The notes beneath the pieces were generated by a model. It was not told the origin of the DNA. It ran no database searches and worked only from the letters and a program-made list of their open reading frames with translations. Below, one piece after another: positions 1 to 12,774 of a DNA stretch of 64,000 nt. The stretch's first letter is position 1. Each line of letters begins with the position of its first letter. Position numbers and translations under genes: made by a program. Location: contig CM059432.1 in assembly GCA_030390025.1 (NCBI GenBank), positions 5,022,001 to 5,086,000 of the forward strand. Direction: 5' to 3'. The DNA is from Squalus acanthias. Its lineage: Eukaryota.

Positions 1-192
1 CTTCCCTAAAAGGAAGTTAGTGAACCAGTTGGGTTTTAACGACAATCCAGTGGTTTCATGGTCACTTTTAGTGCCACCAGCTTTCTACTTCCAGATTATT
101 ACTGTATGTTTTTAATAAAACTGATTTCAAATTGCCAGGGTGGGATTTGAATTCGCATTCCCTGGATTACTAGTCCAGTAACATAACCACTG
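1..192 (-). mobile_element. tRNA-like head fragment of the tRNA-headed LINE/SINE family
   Basis: Similar to 18560..18760 (gtggttatgttactggactagtaatccag...ttcaaatcccacc on minus). Confidence 0.75.
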
Positions 193-307
193 TAGTAATG
201 CAATATTTTACTTACGCACCAAGTAAATCTCAAAGTGGAAACAAATATGCATAATGCTATTCTTGGTTAAGTTGATTTGTTAACAGCAGTTTTGGAATCG
301 ACTTTAC

Positions 308-397
308 CTTGTGGCCTTGTGTCGCAGATCAATGATAATATCCACTTCAATCTGACAGCAGTTGAAAAGAACGAGTGTAACGGGGACTAAACACAAA
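308..397 (-). CDS. TRAPPC8: TRAPPC8 exon (LCLVPVTLVLFNCCQIEVDIIIDLRHKAT)
   Basis: ccacag| acceptor, AG|gtaaag donor, 90 nt, phase 2 to 2. Confidence 0.94.
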
Positions 398-1182
398 CTG
401 TGGAACAGACAAAAAGGACATCAAAAAATGTTACAGATCCTTCATGTGCTCAAACATATCTATATTTAACAAACCTTTAACTCAATATGCTACAAGTAAG
501 AATTGTGTTTATATCGGATTCAGTAATGATGTTTAGAAACAGACAAAGTCTTGCATTAATTCAACTTTGGCAGAAAGACCATGAATTAAACTAGTCAAAA
601 ATACTTTTCCCCTCCCCCCAATTCTCTGAATGCAGGTGATCATAGAATTTTGCATTAGTCACTCAATGCAGCAGTGACACATGCAATCGAGTGTATAAAG
701 AACATTAAAAAAAATCCCTCGAGGTACTCTCGGCACAGACACGATGGTCCAAATGGCCTCCTTCTGTGCTGTATCATTCTATGATATCCAACTTTTGAAT
801 AACCCCAATATTTGTTAGCTCCATTAACTTGCTTTTTAGCTGAAGTTAAGTCCTGTTGCCTCACGAATCCTTTTGCTGTAATTTGACTTCCTGGGTTTCG
901 CTCATAATTTATATTCTATCGACTACAATGTGTTTCCCCCTTTATCCAGCTTATTACTAGACAGTAAAGTATGTTAATCTGAATTTAAAGCAGTATTTTG
1001 AGCGGAACAGCAAGTGCCAATCATGCTGTTCAAGACTTTTCGTATAATGGAATATAATACAACTAATAATTGGAGAAAAGTAGTTCAGAGGCTCCGTGCA
1101 CAAGAGGAATTAAAAGATCACATCGTTCCACCAAAAATCTCAAACAAAAATGCCCTTAAGATTTAGTTAAAGCTATACAAGA

Positions 1183-2990
1183 ACAATTTGTATTTATAGG
1201 GCGCCTTTACTGTAGAGAAACTTCTCAAAGTGTTTCACTGAATCGTAATCAGACAAAAATCTGCTCCTTTGGCTCAGCATTGATATCAGGAAGGCTGACT
1301 GACAGCTTGGTCAGAGACACAGGTTTTAAGGAGGGTCTTAAAAGAGGAGAGGCAGAGAGTTTTAGGAAACAAATTCCGAGATGTCTGAAGGCACAGCCGC
1401 CAATTGGGGGTGTGAGCGAAGGGAGCGGGAGAAGGACAGGAGGCCAGATTTGGAGGAACGCAGAGCTCTCAGGGTTATAGAGCTTGAGGAGGTTAGAGAC
1501 AGGGAGGGGCGAGGGCACGAAGGGATTTAAACATGATTGGAGAGTTGGGGCATGGAAGCCAATAAGCACAAGGGTGAGAACAGGATGAAGGGCCGCAGAT
1601 ATTTGAATAAAGTAACAGCGTGGAGAGAGAGAGAGAGGCCGGCTAAGAGAGTATTGCAATAGTAGAGTCTGGAGATGACAAAGACAGGGATGAGAGTTTC
1701 AGCAGCAGATGGGATGAGGCGGGGATATTATGGAGGATGAAGTAGGCGGGGTTTGTGATGGGAGAGGATATGGGATCAGAAGCTCAGTTCAGCGTCAAAT
1801 AGGACGCCGAGATTGCAAACAGTCTGGTTCAACCAGAGACAGTTGCCGGGGAAAGGGATGGAAGCGGTAGTGAGGGTAGGGAGTTTGTGGCGGGGGCTGA
1901 AAACAGTTTTTTGGTCTTCTGAATGTTTACTGGTGGAAAGTACAGCATTCCCAGGACTGGCTGTTGGACAAGCAGTCTGACAGCACCAAAGCAGTGGAGG
2001 GGTTGAGAGCGCTGGTGAAGAGATAGAGCTGCTGTCTACGGTCTACTTGGCCCTGTCTTTGCTAATGAGGTCAAGAGTCAGCACGTAGATGAGGAAAAGG
2101 TGGTGGCCAAGGACAGATCGTTGGGGGACTCGGGAGGCAATAGTGTGGGGGTAGGAAAAGAAGCCATTGCTGGAACTGATTTGGCTACACATGAATAGGC
2201 AAGAGTGGAACCCAGCGAGGGCAGTCCCACTGAGCTGGACAAGGGAGGAGAGACATTGGAGGAGGATGGTGTAGTCCACCATAAGAAGCTTCAATGGTCA
2301 AGAAGGACAAGGAGGGATAGTACACCATGGTCACAGTCACACAGGATGTCACTGGTGACTTTTATCAGGACCATTTCAGTGCTGTGGCAGGGGTGGAAAC
2401 CTAATTGGAAAGATTCAAATGGGAAAGATGAGCACAGATTTGTGAGGTGACTACACGTTCAAGGACTTTGAAGAAGAGGAAAGGGAGGCTGGAGATGGGA
2501 CGGTAGTTGGCAAGGAAAGAGGTGGAGGGCAAGATTTTTGAAGGTAGGGGCGAGGTGTTGAGGGATATTTTGAAAGGGAGGGGAACCATTTGCAATGCCA
2601 GCTAGCATGTGAGCCAGGAGGGAAAGTTGGGTGGTCAGCAGTTTAGCAGGAATGGGGTTGAGAGAGTAGGGGGTGGGTTTCATGGACAAGATGAGCTCAG
2701 AGATCAAGAGGGTAGATAGGAGAGAAATTAGAGAAAGATGTGGGCAAGTGGGAACCTATGAGGAGGCTTGGCAGGAAGGGCGGGGGTGATTGTGGCAGAG
2801 GCAGCTGAACAGATGGTATCAACATTAGTGACAAGGAATAAGCCCATGAGTTCTTGGTAACATGTTCTTGGCGGTGTGGGTGGAGGGGACAGGGGTTTAA
2901 GCAAACGATTGGTAGTGGGGAAAAGAAGCCAGAAGTTATCTTTGCCCCCCCAGGATGATCCTGGTATAGTGGATGGTTTTGGCAGATGGG
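1183..2990 (-). mobile_element. Degenerate L2-clade LINE, 3' part
   Basis: RT fragments NYRPISSLPF..KVLERVV and VPQRSVLG..LFLIY; L2-type 3' tail near 1183. Confidence 0.8.
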
Positions 2991-3013
2991 GAATAAAGCC
3001 CAATAGTGCTTCA

Positions 3014-3570
3014 CTATTCCAACGCACTCCTGGTAGGCCTCCACGTTCTACCCTCCGTAAACTTGAGGTCATCCAAAACTCTGCTGCCCGTGTCCTAACT
3101 CACACCAAGTCTCGTTCACCCATCACCCCTGTGCTCGCTGACCTACATTGGCTCTCGGTTAAACAACGTCTCAATTTTAAAATTCTCATCCTTGTTTTCA
3201 AATCCCTCCATGGCCTCACCCCTCCCTATCTCTAATCTCCTCCATATACACAACACCCCACCCCCGAGATCTCTGCACTCCTCTAATTCTAACCTCTTGA
3301 GCAACCCCGATTTTAAATCGCTCCACCATTGGTGGCCGTGCCTTCAGCTGCCTAGGCTCGAAGCTCTGGAATTCCCTCCCTAAACACTTCTATCTCTCTT
3401 TCCTCCTTTAAGACGCTTCTTAAAACGAACCTCTTTGACCAAGCTTTTGGTCATCTGCCCTAATATCTCCATGTGGCTCGGTGTTGAATTTTGTTTGATA
3501 ATCACTCCTGTGAAGTGCCTTGGGACATTTTACTACGTTAAAGGCGCTATATAAATACAAGTTGTTGTTA
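3014..3570 (+). mobile_element. L2-clade LINE 3' end
   Basis: KLEVIQNSAARVLT...PITPVLADLHWL; tail ttaaaggcgctatataaatacaagttgttgtt. Confidence 0.88.
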
Positions 3571-3683
3571 TTATATGTACTTAGCATAATACTTGGTTAA
3601 CGTTTTCCTGAAGCATATTTAAGCACAGTTACTTCGAACCGACACAGCTGCCAATTAAGTCACGTTAAAAATAATCTACAAAC

Positions 3684-3829
3684 CTCTTTTGATGAAATGG
3701 ATGGTCGTAGTATTCAGGGTAATGAAGACTAATCTTAATAAGATGGGAAAGCTGTTCCATGCTCGGTCTTGTGGGCAGCGGTGGCTGTTCGGGTCGTATA
3801 AATTTCAACAGAACCATTTCCTGCGCTTC
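3684..3829 (-). CDS. TRAPPC8: TRAPPC8 exon (EAQEMVLLKFIRPE...HYPEYYDHPFHQK)
   Basis: tcccag| acceptor, AG|gtttgt donor, 146 nt, phase 0 to 2. Confidence 0.94.
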
Positions 3830-4088
3830 CTGGGAGGTGCAAGATAGAAAAAAACTCAGACTTCATAAATTCTATTTCCTACGACAACAGAACAAGTAAT
3901 CATTGCCCAAGGGTTGGAAAATTCCTGCAATTCACACAACTACTTTATAAGTTGTAATGAGAAAAAAAGTGTTGCATTTTGTTCTGTGCCTGAATAACCC
4001 ACTCGTATAAGGAGAACAATTAAAATCGTGAATTTGTACCTTGCAAAACGTACTTTAAAACATAGTTGTGGTGATACCAGTATTCCTT

Positions 4089-4318
4089 CAAATAAAAACA
4101 GAAAATGCTGGAAATACTCAGGTCAGGCAGCATCTGTGGAGAGAGAAACAGAGTCAACGTTTCAGGTCGATGACCTGTCGTCAGAAATCGACCTTTCATC
4201 AACCTGAGACGTTAACTCTGTTGCTCTCTCCACAAATGCTGAAGGACTTGCTCAGAATTTCCAGCATTTCCTGTTTTTATTTCAGATTTCCAGCCTCCGC
4301 AGTATTTTGCTTTTGTAT
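4089..4318. mobile_element. Penelope-like terminal repeat in inverted (fold-back) arrangement
   Basis: aaataaaaacagaaaatgctggaaat... followed by its reverse complement; same sequence as the end of the GIY-YIG element at 29955..30053. Confidence 0.8.
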
Positions 4319-4639
4319 CAACATTCCTTCAATCTTACAACCCAATCGGTCATAGTACTTGGCATAACACAATACTTGGTTATCTTTTACTTTATACACC
4401 CTCCATGGTCGCCAGATCGTTCTACATAGATGGAATTCAGTGCCTGAAACAGGGAACGTGCGGCTGCCACAAGTGGTGCCTGATACAAGGGACCGGATGT
4501 ACATATTTGATGGGAGTGAAAATGTTAATATTTTTAAATCACATTTACGACACTTAATTCATTCATGAGAGTTATGAACAACATGCACCCCACCAAAACA
4601 GAGATAACCCAAGTAAAAATCAATGGATTTGATATAAAT

Positions 4640-5619
4640 TAGATGGAAGTGCTAGAAATGGAGTTCATGGATGCTGGGAAGGTACCAGTAGATTGGAAAC
4701 AGGTGTTCATCGACAAAAAGGGGAACAGATAAAGCCAACTACATACAACTTGTATTTATATAGCGCCTGTAACATAGTAAAATGTCCCAAGGCACTATCA
4801 GGAATAGACTTGATTTATCTAGACAATAACAAGCTTGGGAGCAGTCAACATTGATTCAGAAGGGAAAGATTCTGCCTCGACTTTTTTGAGGAAGTGACAA
4901 TCTAAGCGGACTCTGGGAAGCCCTATGACGTTGTGGACCAGGACTTCGAGAAGGTTTCTGTTAAACTAATAGCATTTTTGTGGGGAACTTTGTAAACTCC
5001 AAGCTGTAGGGATTCAGGGTAAACACTTTAAACGAAGGGAGAAAACAAGTGCGCTTTGGAGAAGGTATGTCAGAGCAGCGGGGAGGAGGGACACAGAAAG
5101 TGGGGTAACTCCAGCCATCAGTATTGGACCACGACTGTTTCTAATTTAAATCGCTGCTGTGGATGCAGAACCTGAATGCAAAGTAGTCAAATTTACAGAC
5201 TATACCCAACTAGAAAGGGCGGTGGAATTGGAAGTGGCAGCTCCGAAATGATCCTTTTGACTACCCAATCGAGCTGAATGAATCAAGTGTCACAACAATG
5301 GCAAATGAAATTTAAAGCAGACAGATGTAAAGTACTGCACATGGGAACGGAAAATAGGCAACATACGAACTCCATGACGATGAAGCTATTGAATTACATC
5401 GAGCCAACAGCAGATAAACAGGCCATTCGGTCCAACTGGTCCGTGCTGGTGTTTATGCTCCACACGAGCCTCCTCCCACCCCTCTGCATCTCACCCCATC
5501 AGCATAACCTTCTATTCCTTTCTCCCTCATGTGTTTATCTACATAGTCAAAACAGTTGAATATAGTCACAGGAAGTCACGATAAAACTTTATAATGCTCT
5601 GGCCAGAGTACTATGTCCA
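4640..5619 (+). mobile_element. Old degenerate CR1 RT remnant (continues about 8742..9030)
   Basis: WQMKFKADRCKVLHMG; interrupted by a younger LINE and a CR1 tail at about 5405..5540. Confidence 0.65.
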
Positions 5620-8600
5620 GTAATGGTAACCATGAAACTATCGGATTCTCGTAAAAACCCACCTGGTTCACTAATGTCCTTTAGGGAAGGAAATCTGCCG
5701 TCCTTACCCGGTCTGGCCTATATGTGACTCCAGAACCACAGCAATGTGGTTGACTCTTAACTGCCCTCTGAAATGGCCTAGCAAGCCACTCAGTTGTAAC
5801 TAACCACTACGAAACAAAATAATAAGAATGAAACTGGACAGACCACCCGGCATCGACCTCGGCACTGGCTGCGGACACGGCAACGGCACACCCAGCCCAG
5901 TCAACCCTGCAAAGTCCTCCTCACCAACATCTGGGGACTTGCGCCAAAATTGGGAGAGCTGTCCCACAGACTAGTCAAGCAACAGCCTGACAGTCATACT
6001 CACAGAATCATACCTTTCAGCCAATGTCCCAAACTCCTCCATCACCATCCCAGGGTATATCCTGTCCCACCAGCAGGAGTGGTGGCACAGTGGTATACAG
6101 TCGGGAAGGAGTGGCCCTGGGAGTCCTCAACATTGACTACGGACCCCATGAAGTCTCATGGCTTCAGGTCAAGCTTGGGCAAGGAAACCTCCTGCTGATT
6201 ACCACCTACCGCCCTCCCTCAGCTGATGAATCAGTACTCCTCCATGTTGAACACCACTTGGAAGAAGCACTGAGGGTAGTAAGGGCACAGAATGTACTCG
6301 GTGGGGGACTTCAATGTCCATCACCAAGAGTGGCTCAGGAGCACCACTACTGACTGAGCTGGCCGAGTCCTGAAGGACATAGCTGCCAGTCTGGGCCTGC
6401 GACAGGTGGTGAGCGAACCAACACGAGGGAAAAACCTACTTGACCTCGTCCTCACCAATCTATCTGTCGCAGATGCATCTGTCCATGACAGCAGTGACCA
6501 CCGCACAGTCAAGGTGGAGACCAAGTCCCGTCTTCACACTGAGGACACCCTCCATCGTGTTGTGTGGCACTACCACCGTGCTAAATGGGATAGATTCAGA
6601 ACAGATCTAGCAGCTCAAAACTGGGCATCCATGAGGTGCTGTGGGCCATCAGCAGCAGAAGAATTGTATTCCACCACAATCTGTAACCTCATGGCCCGGC
6701 ATATCCCTCATTCTACCATTACCACCAAGCCAGGGGACCAACCCTGGTTCAACAAGGAGTGTAGAAGAGCATGCCAGGAGCAGCACCAGGCATACCTAAA
6801 AATGAGGTGCCAACCTGGGGAAGCTGCAACACAGGACTACATGCATGCTAAAAAGCGGAAGCAGCATGCTATAGACAGGGCTAAGCGATCCCACAATCAA
6901 CAGGTCAGATCAAAGCTCTGCAGTCCTGCCACATCCAGTCGTGAATTGTGGTGGACCATTAAACAACTAATGGGAGGAGGAGGCTCCATGAATATCCCCA
7001 TCCTCAATGATGGTGGAGCCCAGCACATGAGTACAGAAGACAAGGCTGAAGCGTTTGCAACCAACTTCAGCCAGAAGTGCTGAGTGGATGATCCATATCG
7101 GCCTACTCCCGAGGTCCCCACCATCACAGAAGCCAGTCTTCAGCCAATTCGATTCACTCCACGTGATATCAAGAAACGGCTGAGCGCACTGGATACAGCA
7201 GAGGCTATGGGCCCCGACAACATCCCGGCTATCGTGAAGACTTGTGCTCCAGAACTAGCCGCGCCTCTAGCCAAGCTGTTCCATTACAGCTACAACACTG
7301 GCATCTATCCGACAATGTGGAAAACTGCCCAGGTATGTCCTGTCCACAAAAATCAGGACAAATACAATCTGGCCAATTACCGTCCCATCAGTCTACTCTC
7401 AATCATCAGCAAAGTGATGGAAGGCATCATCGAAAGTGCTATCAAGCAGCACTTACTCACCATTAACCTGCTCACGGATGCCCAGTTTGGGTTCCGCCAA
7501 GACCACTCGGCTCCCGACCTCATTACAGCCTTGGCCCAAACATGGACAAAGGAGCTGAATTCCAGAGGTGAGGTGAGAGTGACTGCCCTTGACATCAAGG
7601 CAGCATTTGACCAAGTGTGGCATCAAGGAGCCCCAGTAAAACTGAAGTCAATGTGAATAGGGGGGAAAATGCTCCACTGGCTGGAGTCATACCGAGCACA
7701 AAGGAAGATGGTTGTGGTGGTTGGAGGTCAATCATCCCAGCCCCAGGACATCGCTGCAGGAGTTTCTCAGGGCAGTGCCCCAGGCCCAACCATCTTCAGC
7801 TGCTTCATCAATGACCTTCCCTCCAACATAAGGTCAGAAATGGGGATGTTCGCTGATGACTGCAGAGTGTTCAGTGCCATTCACAACTCCTCAGATAATG
7901 AAGCAGTCCATGCCCGCATGCAACAAGACCTGGACGACGTTCAGGCTTGGGCTGATAAGTGGCAGGTAACATTCACGCCAGGCAATGACTATCTCCAACA
8001 AGCGAGAGTCTAACCACCTCCCCATGACATTCAATGGTATTACCATCGCCGAATCCCCCACCATCAACATCCTGGGGGTCACCATTAACCAGAAATTAAC
8101 TAAACTAGCCACAAATACTGTGGCAACAAGAGCAGGTCAGAGGCTGGGTATTCTGCGGCGAGTGTCTCACCTCCTGACTCCCCAGAGCCTTTCCAACATC
8201 TACAAGGCACAAGTAAGGAGTGTGATGGAATACTCTCCACTTGCCTGGATAAGTGCAGCTCCAACAACACTCAAGAAGCTCGACACCATCCAGGACAAAG
8301 CAGCCCGCTTGATTGGCACCCCATCCGCCACCTTAAACATTCCCTCCCTCCACCACCGGCGTACCATGGCTGCAGTGCGTACCATCTACAAGATGCACTG
8401 CAGCAACTCGCCAAGGCTTCTTCGGCAGCACCTCCCAAACCCGCGACCTCTTCCACCTAGAAGGACAAGGGCAGCAGGCTCTTGGGAACACCATCACCTC
8501 CAAGTTCCCCTCCAAGTCACACACCATCCAGAGTTAGTAGTATATCGCCGATCCTTCATCGTCGCTGGGTCAAAATCCTGGAACTCCCTCCCTAACAGCA

Positions 8601-8740
8601 CTGTGGGAGCACTTTCACCACACGGACTGCAGCGGTTCAAGAAGGAGGCTCACCACCACCTTCTCAAGGGCAATTAGGGATGGGCAATAAATGCTGGCCT
8701 TGCCAGCGACACCCACATCCCATAAACAAATTAAAAAAAA
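5620..8740 (+). mobile_element. Near full-length single-ORF LINE (APE endonuclease + RT; CR1/L2 group, Zenon/Crack-like), disrupted
   Basis: YRPPS, GDFN-like, LDL.LT, SDH; RT NYRPISLL, QFGFR, LDIKAAFD, FADD, YKAQVRSVMEY; frameshifts and stops; AATAAA + A-rich tail. Confidence 0.92.
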
Positions 8741-9241
8741 ATATAAGTGAATGGCTAAAATAATCTTGGAATGTTACTTTAAATTGAGAGTACAAGAGGA
8801 CACAGATTCAAACTAGTAAAAGGTAAATTCAAGACTATCAGGAGATTCTTCTTCATACAAAAAAACATCAATATATGGAACAGACTTCCAGATAGAGTAG
8901 TGGAGCTGAAAAGCCTGGAAACATTTAAAGAAACAACTGGATGCTACAGTGTGGGAACGTGAAGATATTTCTAGATGAATTTCTGGATGGATAAATTAAG
9001 ATGGCCTGAATGGTCGTCTTCATTCTTAATAATCTTGCTATCTCTGGAATCCATAGCCCCAGGAAAATACCAGCAGTGTTCATATTTGGATTTTGAGAAG
9101 AGCATTTTCAAAAAGCAATGGGAAGACTGCAAGGCAAATAAAACCATTAATGGAGCGAAGTTAAGTTGATTTAGATTATAAAAAAAGTCACAAAAACACA
9201 ATGGCACTGGGCACAGTTGGCAACAGTTAGAAATGAGGTAC

Positions 9242-9343
9242 CTGCACTTGAGGTAATGAACAGGCTTCTTTCCCAATTGACTGCAGAGCAACATGAAGCT
9301 GGCCTTCTAGAATAAGCTGCTTATTGTCCTCTACAACATATGC
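9242..9343 (-). CDS. TRAPPC8: TRAPPC8 exon (AYVVEDNKQLILEGQLHVALQSIGKEACSLPQVQ)
   Basis: ttacag| acceptor, CAG|gtacct donor, 102 nt, phase 0 to 0. Confidence 0.94.
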
Positions 9344-9705
9344 CTGTAACAAGAGAGAGAAATTCAATTTTCATAGCAACATCGGTATCCCACTGAAACC
9401 TTAGCCATTGTGCAGTGCAAGACTGCATTACTTTTCTGGACTACATCCTGATCACAATTAACGGACCTATATTAAGAACAAAGTGTGGAACGAGAACATA
9501 TCATTCCGCCTATCAAGTCTGTTACTTCCATACACCATATACAATTTGTCCAACCATGGTTGGTCAATTTATCACAATCTCAAGCGCAAGTTCAGCATAA
9601 ATACCCCATGACCATTAAAGATAATGAAGCAAACCCCAGAATATTAACAGAAAAAGTGTACACAAGTTTGTCCACCGAGAGATAAAAGATAAAAGATTTT
9701 TTAAA

Positions 9706-10144
9706 AGTTTGCATTTCTATCGCGCCAGACGTTCCAAAGCGCTTTACAGCCAATGAAGTACTTTTGAAGTGTAGTCACTGTTGTAATGTAGGAAACGTGG
9801 CAGCCAATTTGTGCACAGCAAGGTCCCACAAACAGCAATGTGATAATGACCAGATAATCTGTCTTAGTTACGTTGATTGAGGGATAATTATTGGCCAGGA
9901 CACCGGGAAGAACTCACCTGCTCTTCTTCAAAATAGTGCCGTGGGATTTTTATGTCCACCTGAGGGGGCAGACGGGGCCTCGGTTTAATGTCTCATCTGA
10001 AAGATGGTACCTCCAACAGTGCAGCACTCCCTCAGCACTGCACTGGGAGTGTCAGCCTAGATTTTTGTGCTCAAGTCTCTGGAGCGGTACTACAACCTTC
10101 TGATGCAGAGGTGAGGGTGCTACTCACTGACCCACAGCCGACTG
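9706..10144 (-). mobile_element. tRNA-derived Deu-domain SINE (SacSINE1-like)
   Basis: tRNA-like head, central domain shared with 46086..46575, L2-like tail. Confidence 0.82.
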
Positions 10145-11039
10145 ATAAAGTAACAAGTTTCTGGTTGTGGAAAAACACGAGGTGGGATAAAATAGCCGGG
10201 GGCATTCCCATCTTTTCTAGGGGCATTTTTTTTTGGGAGCAGTCGTTCTTTCTGGACAGATGGTTGACCAACGGTGGTCCGTTTCCATTAATTGAATACA
10301 GCTACCCCTTTACAGCACTCACAGCATCAGTCTGGTTCTCCAGCCATCAACCCCCTTCAGGCAAGACCAAGCAGAGAGAACCTTGCTTGCAGGACGCCCT
10401 GAGGGGACCACCACAAATGATCAGCTGTCTCCTTTGTCGCCTATGTGGACTTGACAATTAGCATTCAAGTCATCCACCTACACAGAACAGATTTACCTCC
10501 CCACCCTTTGAAGTGACACTAACATGCAACCTAATGATGCATACGCCTGCTCGTCACCCAGTCTACTTCCAAGCCAGAAGTAAACCAATTAATTTGATCA
10601 CCAGATACTAAGATTCCATCCAGAAATATAAAAAAGTTTTTTTTCCACAGAAAAGAGAGAGCTCTGATTGGTTATAATGACATTGATTGACTCATCTGAA
10701 AAGGAGCTGGATGAAGGATTGAAGGGGACGATATATTTCATGGAATGCTATGGCTCCAGTTCTACAGGAACCAGGGGAGTATCTCTGGTCAACTGGGCAA
10801 GGTTAAGCAATGTTGCTCGTGATGTTATATTAGTATCCTGTGCAGTTATTAAGGACTCTGCATTAGGGTCAGCCAGTGACGTCCTGTGGCAGGACTAAGC
10901 TTCTGTTCACTTGACTGCAGAAATCTGATATGGCACGCTACAAACAGAAAGCTCTTTGCTCAGTATGGAGACCTGTAACCCAGTAAACAGGAAAGATAGC
11001 CAGCCTCCACCTCTGTCGATCTGTTGTTGAAATCCCCTC

Positions 11040-11575
11040 ACACACCTTTGTACCGACTCTCACTCTCGTGGCCAACCTCCCATCTTTAACCCTCTGTAAA
11101 CTTCAGCTCATTCAAAACTCTGCCGCCCATATCTTATCCTGCACCAACTCCCATTCGCCCATCATGCATCCTTGCTAACGTACATATTTTGAACTTAAAA
11201 TTCTTATCCTCATGTTTAAATCCCTTCATGGCCTCGCCATTCCCCATCTCTCTAGCCTCCTCCTGCCCCACAATCCCACCCCACTCCCAACTCTCCATTC
11301 CTCCAACACTGATCTAGTCACTACTCGTCCTTCACTCCACCATTGGCGGTCGTGCCTTCAGCCAGCTAAGTCCCAGACTCTTGAATTCCCTCCTTAAATC
11401 ATCTCTCCAACTCCCTCTCCTCCTTTATGACCCATCTTAAAACTCAACTCTTTGACCAAGGGTTTTGGGTCATACCTCCTAATGTCCCAATATCCATTAT
11501 TTGGATCAGGCTTCTATGAAATGCTTTGGGACATTTTTCAATGTTAAAGGTGCCATAAAATAGCAAGTGATTGTT
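11040..11575 (+). mobile_element. L2 3' end, degenerate
   Basis: Similar to 3014..3570. Confidence 0.75.
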
Positions 11576-12029
11576 GAGAATTCATCTAACTTGGTGACAG
11601 AGCCATGATACGATGAGCTGGAAGACGCAGGGACTGAAACGATGGCACAGGGTAGGGGAAAGTTCAGAGTGGCACATCTTCAGGACAACAGGGGAGAAAG
11701 GCATCAGATGTCGTTGGCTATACAGGACAATTTGTTGAGTCACTTTTATAACCAAGTTAATATAGGACATTAATTAGTTGTATTGAGCCACTTGTGGGGT
11801 TTTCTAAGTATAAATGACCAGTATCTCAGGTTGAGTTGAGTGTCTTAAGGAATTATCTCACACACACAACACAAAACAGCCAGAACTTACCTGAAAAAAG
11901 TCACAATAAGCTCAATTTTCAACTAGAGTATATGATTTTTCTTCATATTTCAATTATGTATTTAATAAATATACCTCAACAGGATAAGAAACATTCTTAA
12001 AATCACTGCTTCAATTTAGAAAGTGATCT

Positions 12030-12378
12030 AAAAGTACAGGGTAGATGCTGAGAGGTTGTTTCCCCTGGCTGGAGAGTCTAGAACTAGGGGCATAGTCTCA
12101 GGATAAGGGGTCGGCCATTTAAGAATGAGATGAGGAGGAATTTCTTCACTCAGAGGGTTGTGAATCTTTGGAATTCTCTTCCCCAGAGGGCTGTGGATGC
12201 TCAGTCGTTGAGTATATTCAAGACTGAGATCGATAGATTTTTGGACTCTCGGGGAAATCAAGGAATATGGGGATCGGGCGGGAAAGTGGAGTTGCGGTCG
12301 ATGATCAGCCATAATCTTATTGAATGGCGGAGCAGGCTTGCGGGGCCGTATGGCCGACTCCTGCTCCTAATTCTTATG
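12030..12378 (+). mobile_element. CR1 3' end
   Basis: RRNFFTQRVVNLWNSLP plus CR1 3' UTR. Confidence 0.88.
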
Positions 12379-12494
12379 CACCATGAGTTTTCTCCCCCAA
12401 GTCAAGTAACACAACATACTGTTCAGTTCGTTCCAATCAGCAATACCTTTTATTGTACAGCTATTCATCCTAAATGCTAATTTATTATACTAAC

Positions 12495-12671
12495 CTTCCA
12501 TAATACTATAATATTGAGATCCACCTCGCTACACTTCTGTACTAATTTGGTAATGGCGCCAGTGTTTTGTCTCCCAGGTCCCACCGTTGTCTGCAGTATC
12601 CTCTTTCGTGATGGCACGGCACAGCAACTTTGAAAGAAAAAGTCTGCACATGGCGTGGTTGCACTGATTAT
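12495..12671 (-). CDS. TRAPPC8: TRAPPC8 exon (IISATTPCADFFF...QKCSEVDLNIIVLWK)
   Basis: ttacag| acceptor, AAG|gttagt donor, 177 nt, phase 0 to 0. Confidence 0.95.
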
Positions 12672-12774
12672 CTGTAAAACAAAAAGTAGAACCAACTCTC
12701 AATGATAGAATCGAAGCACAAGATTGCATCCAGAACAGGCAAACTGCCCTTAACCCAACAATTGTAATCCACAA

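Noticed and set aside
1183..3570. Twin-priming inversion of a single L2
   Set aside because: Both halves have their own 3' ends and different divergence, so two insertions.
6406..8677. Long RT/EN ORFs as an active gene or prokaryote-type RT system
   Set aside because: Broken by stops and frameshifts, multi-copy, poly-A tailed and intronic: a dead LINE copy.
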